From positions 56,980,001-57,044,000 of the forward strand of contig NC_045696.1 of assembly GCF_009834535.1 (NCBI RefSeq): 64,000 nucleotides of DNA, written 5' to 3'. This DNA is from Camelus ferus. Taxonomy: Eukaryota. A program made the translations under genes and the position numbers. Each line of letters begins with the position of its first letter. The stretch's first letter is position 1. The notes beneath the pieces were generated by a model. The model was not told the origin of the DNA, did not search any database, and worked only from the letters and a program-made list of their open reading frames with translations. Positions 54,448 through 64,000 of this stretch are shown here, piece after piece.

Positions 54448-55081
54448 ATTTCTGTAAATTCTTGTTGTTGTTGCTGTTTCTTCTGACTTAGGGAAGACCC
54501 TGTATCTTTTAGGGTCAGTTTAGTATTGGTGAACCCTTTTAGTTTTTGTTTGCCTGAGAAGTTCTTTAACTCTTCTTCAATTCTCAATGATAATCTTGTG
54601 AGGTAGAGTATCCTAGTTGGTAGGTTTTTTCCCTTTTAGCATTTTAAATATATCATGCACCTCCTTTCTGACCTAAAAAGTTTCTGTAGAAAAATCAGCT
54701 GATAGCCTTATGGGAGTTCCCTTTTATGTGACCCTGTTCTTTTCTTGCTGTATTTAGAATTCTTTCTTTATCTTTAACTTTTACCATTTTAATTATGCCA
54801 TCTCTTGGTGTAGGTCTGTTTGGGTAAATCTTGTTTGAGACTCTCTGTGCTTCCTATACCTGGATATCTGTTTCCTTCTTCAAGTTTGAGAAGTTTTTAG
54901 TCATAACTTCATCAAATACATTTTGGACCCCTTTCTCTTTTCTCATTCTGGGACCCCTATAATGAATGTTAGTATGCTTGATGTTGTCTTAGAAGTATCT
55001 CAAACTGTTTTAATTTTTTAAATTTGTTTTTCTTTTTCCTTTTACAGTCAAGTGCTTTCCATTATTTTGTCTTCCAGATCA

Positions 55082-55409
55082 TTTTTTAATATATATATAT
55101 ATTTAACATTTTTTATTGATTTATAATCATTTTACAATGTTGTGTCAAATTCCAGTGTAGAGCACAATTTTTCAATTATACATGAACATATATATATTCA
55201 TTGTCACATTCCTTTCTCTGTGAGCTACTGTAAGATCTTGTATATATTTCCCTGTGCTATACAGTATAATCTTGTTTATCTATTCTACAATTTTGAAATC
55301 CCAGTCTATCTCTTCCCACCCCCCACCCCCTTGGCAACCACAAATCTGTATTCTATGTCTATGAGTCTATTTCTGTTCTGTATGCTTTGTTTGTTTTGTT
55401 TTGTTTAGA
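55082..55409 (-). mobile_element. Short young L1 3' end (~330 bp) with (TA)n-containing tail
   Basis: Same 3'UTR as 841. TSD ttccagatca (55072-55081 / 55410-55419). Confidence 0.93.
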
Positions 55410-56619
55410 TTCCAGATCACTTATGCATTCTTCTGTTAATTCCTTCTCATGAATTTTTCATTTCAGATATTTTTTTATTTAGCTCTGTCTGATTCTTTTT
55501 TATATTTTTCCAGTTCTTTCATCTCTTTTGTCCTCTGGTTCATTTAGCATTATAACTAATACTTTGAACTCTTTAGCTGATAAATTATTTGTCTCTGTTT
55601 CATCAGTTTTTTCTTTTTTTAGAGGTTTTTTTTTCTTCTTCTTTTGCTTGAAACAAATTTGTCTGTCTTCTCATTATGCTCCACTTTGTCCATCTCTATG
55701 AAATTAAGTGAAACAATTATCTATCTTGGTCTTGAAGGGGTGTCCGTGTGTGAGAGTATTCCCATAGTGTCTGTGTGTGCCCAGTGGCTTTATTAGGAGA
55801 ACTGAATCTGAAAGAAGCATGAGTTACTTCTTCCTCCAGGGTGTGTTTGCAGCTAACATTTTGGTAGGAAGTGGGGCTAGAGATGGAGGGTTTAGAGCCA
55901 GGGCCAGGTGTGATCCAATGCTTCTTCTATGTTCAGTATTTTACATTGCCCTACTGGGGCCAGAGGTGGGTCCCCCATATGCTAAAGCAGAAATCCTAAT
56001 GGTCAGCTCCAAGCTGGATCCATTCCTTCTAAGTGTTTCACTCTTCCCCCTCTCAGCATTGGCACCTTTGCCTCAGAGGTGAGCAGTTCTGGAGCAGGAG
56101 GGGCCAGAATGGGTGCTTGGTGTGAGCCAGGGCATGGGCTGGGTCAGTCACAGCATATCAGTCAGAATTCCAGACTAGTCCTAATCTGCCACCTCCATGA
56201 ATGCCTGGAATGGCTGCCCTCACCCTGTTCAGACACAGTGCCAAGTCTGATCCAGCTCTGTTCCCCCATGACTGTGCATTCTCTTTGGCAATGGCAGCTT
56301 TAACCTTGGTGAGGCGCTGTGCCAGAGCAAGAGGAGCTGGAGCACACTCTTGGCGTAGGTTGGGGCTTGTGCTGGGGTGGTCCCAGGCAACCAGTGAGAG
56401 CTTGAGATATCTCCTGTTCCACCATTCTCTGAGAACCTGCAATAGCAGCCCCTGCCCTGTTCAGATTCAGTGCCAGGTCTAGCTGGTTCCTTCCTCACAA
56501 CTGCACACTCTCATAGGCAGTTGCAGCCTTCACCCTAGTAGGAAGCTACACCAAAGCTAGCATGGTCAGGATAGGCACTTGGGTGGTCCCAGGAAATTAG
56601 CTAAATCCTAAGCAGTTTC

Positions 56620-57068
56620 TTTTTTTTTTTTTCTTTTAAATGTTAAAAATTCAAGTATAGTTGATTTATAATGTTCTGTTAATTTCAGGTGTACAGCATA
56701 ACGATTCAGTTATTCTTTTTGCAGATTATGTTCCATTATAGGTTATTACAAGATATTGAATATAATCTCCTGTGTTATATAGTAAATTCTTGTTGCTTAT
56801 CTATTTTATGTATAGTAGTTTGTATCTGTTAATCCCATACTTCTAATTGGTCAGTCTTCCCCCACTACCCTTTGGTAACTGTAAGTTTATTTTCTGTATC
56901 TGATTCTGTTTCTATTTTGTATATACATTTATTTGTATTATTTTTTAGATTCCACATATAAATGATATTGTATAATATTTATATTTCTGTCTGACTTATC
57001 TCACTGAGCATAGTATTCTCTAGGTTCATCCATGTTGCTGCAAATGGCAATATTTCATTTTTTTAACT
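56620..57068 (-). mobile_element. L1 3' end (~450 bp) inserted in host 5'UTR
   Basis: Poly-T tail; 3'UTR like 20310 and 41408. TSD gcagtttc (56612-56619 / 57069-57076). Confidence 0.92.
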
Positions 57069-57519
57069 GCAGTTTCAATCTACTTCCTCCACCTTGTTCC
57101 TAGGAGTAAGCAAGTGTGTGCATGCTCTTCACAAATAGAGTCAAGGTTTCTTAAAGCCCTCCTATTGTCCGCTGGTTTTCAAACCAGCTAAGGGGACTCG
57201 TCTTCTCAGGGTTGGGTCCCAGAGGTGGAATGCTCAGTATGTGGTTCAGACCTCTCACTCTCCAGAGAGGATCTACTGTGCAACCCCCTCATCTCCCGTG
57301 TCACCTCTCAGGACACAGGTCTCAACCTGATTATTACTCTTCCCTTCTTATCTGACTCTGTGTGAATATTTCTTTATAGCTTTGGTTGTACAGAGTCTTT
57401 CTGTTAGTCTCCAATTTTTTTTTTTTTTTTTTTTTTTTAGTGAGAGTCGCTCCATGTATGGATAAATTTTTGATGTGTTTGTTGGGGGAGATGAGCTCAG
57501 TGTCCTCCTCCTCGAAGGT

Positions 57520-57925
57520 ATTGTTAAAGTAACAAAAGAAAATCTTCAGTGGATCTAATCAATACAGAAGAAGGAAAATATGAAATAAATTACATAGGAA
57601 AAAATAACCTTTGAAATGGCAAAATTTTTAAACTCATACAAGTATATTTTTTACAACTCTCTGCAAATAATAGAGTTAATAACATGGGTGAAATGATTTC
57701 AAGGAAAATTCAATTTACCAAAACTAACTCCTATAGTATAGAAATCATAAACAAACCAATTTCCACTGAAAAATAAAGTTATCAAATAACTAGCCAATGC
57801 TAAAACACGAGGCCCATTTGATTTTAGAGACTTTACTAAATGATCAGACTAGGTAATCCTGATGATATAGAATTTGCTATTGTATATTGCTCCAGAAAAT
57901 AGAAAAGGAAAAAGAAAACCATTTC
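57520..57925 (+). mobile_element. Very old L1 ORF2 fragment
   Basis: aatttaccaaaactaactc...aaacaaaccaatt...aggcccatttgatttta (degenerate Z/SPGPDG region). Confidence 0.55.
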
Positions 57926-59960
57926 TTTATTGCTTTTGATCATAGAAGGAAAGTTTTTCTTCTTTCACCAGTAAGTATGATGATGGTAAGCTCTGGATTT
58001 TTCATTCATAGTCTTATCAGGTTAGGGAAGTCTTTTTTTTCTTTGTTGAGGTTTTTGTGTAATCACTTAAAAGAGTGTTGGACTTTCAGTTGCTTTTTCT
58101 GTCTATTGAGATAATTGTGTAGTTTTTTTTTTATTGCATTAATATGTTGTATTACATTAACTGGTTTTCCTGATGATAACCATATTTCCATCTTTTAGAA
58201 AAATTTCTTTCTTTTCTTTTTTCTTTTTTTTTTTTTTTTTTTTTTGCTGTTCTTTTATTCTTTGTCTTAAGGTGGATGGTTAGGTTATTGATTTGATAAA
58301 ATTTTTTTTAACACAGCTGTTCATAAGTGTAAATTTCCCTCTCTGCACTGCTTAGGCTTCATCTCAGAAGTTTTGGTGTATTTTATCACACATTCTTCTC
58401 AAAGTATATTTGTTTTTTTCTTTGACCCATTTGTTATTTAGTCAGGTATTATTAACATAGTCACTGCAGCTTTCTTATGCTTGCCTGTTACATAATATAT
58501 ACTTTTCCATTGTTTTACTTTCAACATATTAGTCTCTTTAAATTTGAATTGTGTCTCCTTTAGACAGTTTATAGTTTGATATTGTTTTTTTAAATCCAAT
58601 CAGGCTGTATCTGCCTTTTGATTGGATTGTTTAATCCACTGACATTTAATGGTATTATTGGTATTGTTGGACTGATGTCTGCTATTTTTATTTTTGTTTT
58701 CTATGTATTTCCTGTCTTTTTTGTTTATTCTCCTTTACTGCTTTTTTTGGCATTAAGTGAATATTTTTAGTATAAAATTTTAATTTCTATAATGAACTTT
58801 TTTTTTTTTTTACTATTTTTGAATTATTTTCTTAGTGAATGCTCGACTTACCAAATAGAACTTAATTTATTTGAATCTACTTCAGATTTATACTAAAATA
58901 AATATATTCCTAGATAGATGGAATTCCCCTTTGACTCTTTTTGTTCTATTATTATTATACATGTTATATGTGTTACAAAATGAACAATACATTGTTATAA
59001 TCATTACTTTATATATTTGTATATCTTTAAAGAAGTTGACAAGAGGAAGATTGTGTATATGTACATATATAATATATATAATTTGTTACATTAGTCTTTT
59101 TACTTCTTATTTGTGGTTCTCTTCATTTGTTCTTGTAGATTCAGATTACCATTTGATATCATTTCCTTCATCCAGTGTAGTTTGTTCTCATACACCTTTT
59201 TTGGGTTGTTATTTTCAAATCTATTATATATCCAATATTATAATTATATATGTATTATTTTTTACATTGCTTCTTAAATCGGTTAGGAGAAGATTGGAGA
59301 GAAAACATGCAATTATACTGTCTTTTATAATTATTTACATAACTACTTTTACTCATAATCTTTTTTTGTGTGTGTGTGAATTCATATTACTCTGTTTCAG
59401 CCTGAAGAACTTCTTTAGTGTTTTTTTGTAAGAGCTTTGCTAGCAACACATTCTCTCATGTTTTTGTTATCTGGAAATATCGTTATTTCACCTTCATTGT
59501 TGAAAGATGACCTTGATGAACATAAGATTCTTGGTTGACAGTTTTTTGTTTTTTTTCCTTCCAGTACTTTAAATTTGTCATTCTACTGCCTTTTGGCTCC
59601 ATTGTTTCTGATAAGAAAGTCAGCTATTAATCTTATTGGGACTCCCTTGTATGCAGTGAGTCATTTTTCTCTTGCTCTTTTCAAGATTTTCTTTTTTGCT
59701 TTCACCATTTTTACTGTGATGTGTCTGGGAGTAGATTTCTTTGATTTTATCCTACATAGTTTATTGAGGTTCTTATATGTGTAGATAATACTTTTTAAAA
59801 AATTTAGAAAATTTCAACCAATATTTCTGTGAGTGTTTTTCTGCTCATTCCACTCTTCTTCTTCTAGTACTCCCATAATGCATATGTTAGTGTGATTAAT
59901 AATCCCACATTTCTTTGAGACTGTTCATTTTTCTTTATACTTTTTTTCTCCTTGTTTTTC
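57926..59960 (-). mobile_element. Old L1M fragments (ORF2 pieces, spacer, ORF1)
   Basis: ttttcttctttcaccagtaagtatgatg; tgtctcctttagacagtttatagtt; tttctgataagaaagtcagctattaatctt. Confidence 0.75.
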
Positions 59961-61885
59961 CTGGCCAGTTGCAATTATCTTCTACTTGTTTTCCATCATC
60001 AGTATCTTACTTTCTCAAAATTTTATTAAATAAATCCGTATTAGTATTTCTGAGACTGCTTTCTGCATATTAATTCCCAACTTGAAAGCTTCCATTGACT
60101 CTCCATTGTTTGTACTGCAAATTAGTTTTATAGATTGCCGTCGTATGGCTCCTTTGTACCTTGTCAAATTCTTTTCACTCTTCTTCTACATTAATCTTTT
60201 AATCTACCCAAAATAGCTATTCATTATTCCCTCAACAACTAGGCACATTCTGCCTTCATGTCTTTTCTTTTGCTTTCCTACCCAAATTTTATCTTTTACT
60301 GCTCAATCTAGCTTCCAGGAAGTCTTTTGTAAAAATCTAGAAAGTCCTCTGTTATAAAATGAATATAATCAAAGCAGAAAGCCTTCACCCAAAAATTAAT
60401 TATTGGAGTTAGAAACTGAAGTAAAACATTAATTAAACAACTCTTCTTTTCTGCTGAAATCAGTGCTTGATATTGATGTGTATTGATAGAAAAATATAGT
60501 TGGTTCCATGTATATAAACAACTGCAGATTTACTGTTTTGGTCGGCTAATGGTTTAACAATTATTAGAGGACCATTGGATGGAAAAAAACATCAACTGAG
60601 AAGAATGAGTCTCTTTGCTGGCTCTGTTACTTTTTTCAGTTCTCTCTTTTCCACTCATTACCAAAATTAGTAATCACCAACCAGCTGTTCTCGACCTCTT
60701 AGAATACTGCTCAGAGTCCTTGAGCTGAAGTTGTCTCTTTGTAATGATCACTGATCTATATTTAATGTCAGCAATTCTTTTTCATATATAATACAGATAC
60801 TTTTTAATCTTTTTTTACAACGTGAATGATAATGACCAATATTTTATTATTGGTTGCTTTTTAGTTGACATAGGGTAAAAGAAAGAGAAGGCAATGTCAG
60901 AAAGTATGCCATGGAACAAATAAGGTATACTGTATGCTGACAGTTGTTTAAACAAATTGGATAAAACTATCCTGACATCCTAGTTGGATTTGGCTTTGCC
61001 GTTCTGAAGCTATTCTGAAATTTTAAATTTATATGCATGTAAACATCGCTCTACACAATAGGTTTCTACTATTAATAACTGTGGCAATACAAGAATAAAT
61101 ATGATATTTCTTAAATTTAAGAACAAATATATCTCAAAAAACAGGTGAATTTTATCAAGATGAGACAGAATTATAAGCAAAAACATAAATAAAAGACAAT
61201 TGTCATAGGCAGAAGTGACTTTATTTACCTTTTCTACTCTTTTTGACCTTTTATTCAAAACCTTAATGGAGTCTAAACAATGTACTCCTTCCCCTATAAG
61301 AAGTTATTATATTTGTTTAATGCAAGTAGGGTAGATCATTAAACTTTTTTAAAATCTTGGAATGTACCATCTGTGTTCATTGTCTAATAGACTTTCCTTT
61401 AAATGAATTCGATGAAAGTGCAATGATTTTGATAGTCTATCATAAGCTTTAAATGGCAAGTCTTTCTGCATATGAAAGAGACTTGCTTGTTTTATGAATA
61501 AAATTTTAAGCCTAGTATGGATTTTCATAATGTAACTTATTATGCAGATAAGTATGTATATATGTATCTTCAACTCTGAAGTTGTTTATCTTGAAACTTA
61601 AATAATTAAAATAACTTTATATGATACTAGCTTTATACATAAGAATGTGAAGCAATACAAATTGGAAAAGTTTTAAAATAACTTTATTGATAGTCAATTG
61701 TTAGAACTCAACAAGTTATTCCTAAATTTAACAAAATGTTAACAAAAATGTTAGGATGCATAGACATGTTTATCCAGTTCACATTTTTAAAATTACATTA
61801 AAAAATTCCTTTAGTCAAGCTTTTAAAATTCTCATGGGTAAGTGAATTTAAAACAGATTTAATAAAATCCTTGTTCTTTCTTTAG

Positions 61886-61964
61886 GAAAAAGTCAAAGAG
61901 AAGGAAGAAAATCTGAATCTTGCAAACCAATTCTTAAAGTAGAATACAAGACCTGTAGAAACAG
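61886..61964 (+). CDS. STXBP5L: STXBP5L internal coding exon, 79 bp
   Basis: ttctttctttag|GA ... ACAG|gtatgc. G+GA completes Gly, then KSQREGRKSESCKPILKVEYKTCRN(S); phase 1-2. Confidence 0.96.
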
Positions 61965-63379
61965 GTATGCATTTTTATTTTGAGGGATATGGGAAAATAG
62001 GTAAGAAATAGAGATAAGAAAGGCAGATAACTTTTAATGTTTATGTATTGTTTAAAATTTTATGTAATTGCAAGTATATTAACGGGCTGAATCTTCTTCA
62101 TTGATAATAGAGTTCTTATTGTTCAATAGGTGTGTCTATGATGTCAATATTATTAATATTGTAAATGGTAACTCTTAAATATGTTCAAATTCCTATGAAT
62201 ATTCAAATGAGTATTATATACATTAATTTTAACAATGTAGGACTTTTTTGGCCATACAATTACAAGTAGCAATCATTCAACATTATTAAGTAGTAAAAGC
62301 TATGTATGTACTGGTATTACACATGAATTAAATATATAACCAAGTCTCTATACTTGAGGATCTTACATTCTGAATCTAGGAAGATTATAGTTAGTTGGAA
62401 GGATAAACATTTATATGTACTGGCATAGTAAAATCATGAAAAATTTTAAGAAATAGAAAATTAAATAAAATGATATTTAATAAAATTTATCTTGTCTATA
62501 TAGCAGCCACATCCTATACATCAACAATATTCTTTATACTTGCAATAATTATTAGTGGCATATTCTCGTCCAGAATTACCGTAATTACAAATCTTGCCTA
62601 AACCTGAGTTTTATTTTAACTCTAAACTGTATAATTCTGTTACTTATATCCTCACACTAGAATGTTTTCTTCTCTACATAGGTACATTTAATGTTTGTTT
62701 ATAGCTGCTCTTCTAAAGGTATGATAGATAGACAGATCAATACCTCTTTAGCCTAGCCTAATGCATAATTAGTGAAAATGACTATGGTTTTATTACTATT
62801 GTCAGTAAACTATTAAAACATTTAAAATGTAATCATTATGGACGAAAATATTTCACAAATACATTCATTTCCTTCTTAAAAAGGTGTTTTATAACTTGAA
62901 CTTTGCTTGAGTCTTCAGGTTCAATATTACTTACATCAGTTGTTATATAACATTGTACTTCAAGGACTATTGAAGCATTGAGCTTTATATAAACCCTGCC
63001 TAGTTGCTTGTGGCTTTTTTTTTTCTTTTTCACTTATGTATTTATTTTTGAAAGTTTTTCTCTGTCCTTCAGTTTTGGGCTGTCAGGACTTCTAATTTCC
63101 ATTGTATTATCCCCTAGTATCTAGTCTTTTGTTTTCTGCTAACTAAGAAATTTGAAACCCAACTTTGTAAAATGGAAATAAATAGGTTCATGTGAAGGCG
63201 TGAGAGGTTTCTCCATAAAATACATGATCCATGGACTTTATGGCATCTACTTTGTTATATATAAATGTATTTCTATGAGGTGCCCAACAATATCCAGCTT
63301 AATTCAATTAAAATAATATGTATTATGTTATTACTATGTAACATGCATTGTACATTTTGTTTGACATACTAAAATAGAA

Positions 63380-63900
63380 AATACTGTCTGTTATGGTCTA
63401 GTAGCAGAAGTAAGCCCATAAACTAGTGGTTTCTATACAACATGTGAGGTGCTTTTACAGAGACATGCTAGGAGAGCACAGCAAAAGGGCACCTTACTCT
63501 GCCTAAAGGGAGCAGGGAGGAGAATAGTGAAGAGAGAAATCATTGAAATTCTTCTTGGGGAAGGAGATGCCTGAGATGGGACTTAAGGAATGGATGATAG
63601 AATGGTGCCAGGTGGAGGGAGGAAAGGGTGAACATGAAGAGAAGGTACTTCTGAAATCAGGAATTCAAGACAAGGCAGTGTAAAGTAACGAGTAAAATCA
63701 CTGGTTATTAGAGTAAGACAGCTGTGTGACCTCGAAAATTTTTACTAACTCTTTTAAAATTTACTTTTATCATCAACAATATCTGTTTCATTGTAATGTT
63801 TGTGGGGATTAAATTAAATTATGCATAAAGTTTATAACATCATAAATTTGATGAGTGGCACATAGTGGATTTCTTAATAAAAAGAAGTTATTGTTATTGT
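63380..63900. mobile_element. L2 fragment (minus, about 63380-63700) followed by MIR (plus, about 63720-63900)
   Basis: L2: gaaggagatgcctgagatgggacttaaggaatgg. MIR: gctgtgtgacctcg ... gtggggattaaattaaattatgcataaag ... gtggcacatagt. Confidence 0.65.
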
Positions 63901-64000
63901 CATCGTCAAAGCCATGATATTTCACATCATTAAAAATTATTAACTGATCTTAAATTGATTTGTTCTAGTAATTGGTAATTCAACTTTATGTAGAAGTAAT

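Larger units (their letters stand above)
54101..57512 (-). mobile_element. L1 5' half (5'UTR, ORF1, spacer; no ORF2) hosting three nested younger L1 3' ends
   Basis: Collinear with L1-B 30725-32760 (gaaaaatcagctgatagcct; ggttttcaaaacca; tgagctcag). Confidence 0.9.

Noticed and set aside
58871..59431. 186-aa hydrophobic ORF resembling a membrane protein
   Set aside because: T-rich antisense old-L1 spacer gives F/L/I/Y-rich translation; TTG start, no recognisable domain, no splice support.
61815..61837. 23-nt microexon ending at the 61838 donor
   Set aside because: Weak, A-rich acceptor context and not frame-equivalent to the 79-nt exon; only the donor itself is kept as a finding.
1..64000. 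Prokaryotic-type systems (CRISPR arrays, operons, defence islands)
   Set aside because: The sequence is mammalian intronic DNA; no regularly spaced repeat-spacer array or dense coding region is present.

Overview
AT-rich, CpG-poor mammalian genomic DNA, most likely from a camelid (alpaca, llama or camel). That call rests on three tRNA-derived SINEs resembling the camelid Vic-1 family and the absence of recognisable Alu, B1/B2, Bov-A/Bov-B or PRE-1 elements. The window lies inside STXBP5L (tomosyn-2) on the + strand. It holds five internal coding exons (135, 64, 84, 124 and 79 bp) with canonical AG/GT ends and matching phases. They encode part of the N-terminal WD40 propeller: ...ITYCHLPFQSKWLYVGTERGNTHIVNIESFILSGYVIMWNKAIELSTKTHPGPVVHLSDSPRDEGKLLIGYENGTVVFWDLKSKKAELRVYYDEAIHSIDWHHEGKQFMCSHSDGSLTLWNLKSPSRPFQTTIPHGKSQREGRKSESCKPILKVEYKTCRN... 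The supplied ORF track captures none of these exons in their coding frame; its entries are decayed L1 frames, antisense-L1 shadows or noise. The rest is intron, dominated by LINE-1 of several ages (mostly antisense to the gene, including a 12.5-kb head-to-tail pair of near-full-length elements), plus L2, MIR, hAT/Tigger DNA-transposon fossils, LTR fragments and microsatellites. I see no well-supported novel biological system. The best leads are (i) perfect GTAAGT donors exactly 48 nt upstream of two different exons, one closing a frame-compatible 10-nt candidate microexon; (ii) a SINE carrying about 95 bp of foreign unique sequence inside an L1; and (iii) unusual L1 structures: a tandem dimer, a shared ORF1 breakpoint, ORF1-only copies, modular 5'UTRs and a twin-priming inversion. 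Repeat subfamily names come from recall of consensus sequences, not from a database search, and repeat boundaries are approximate.
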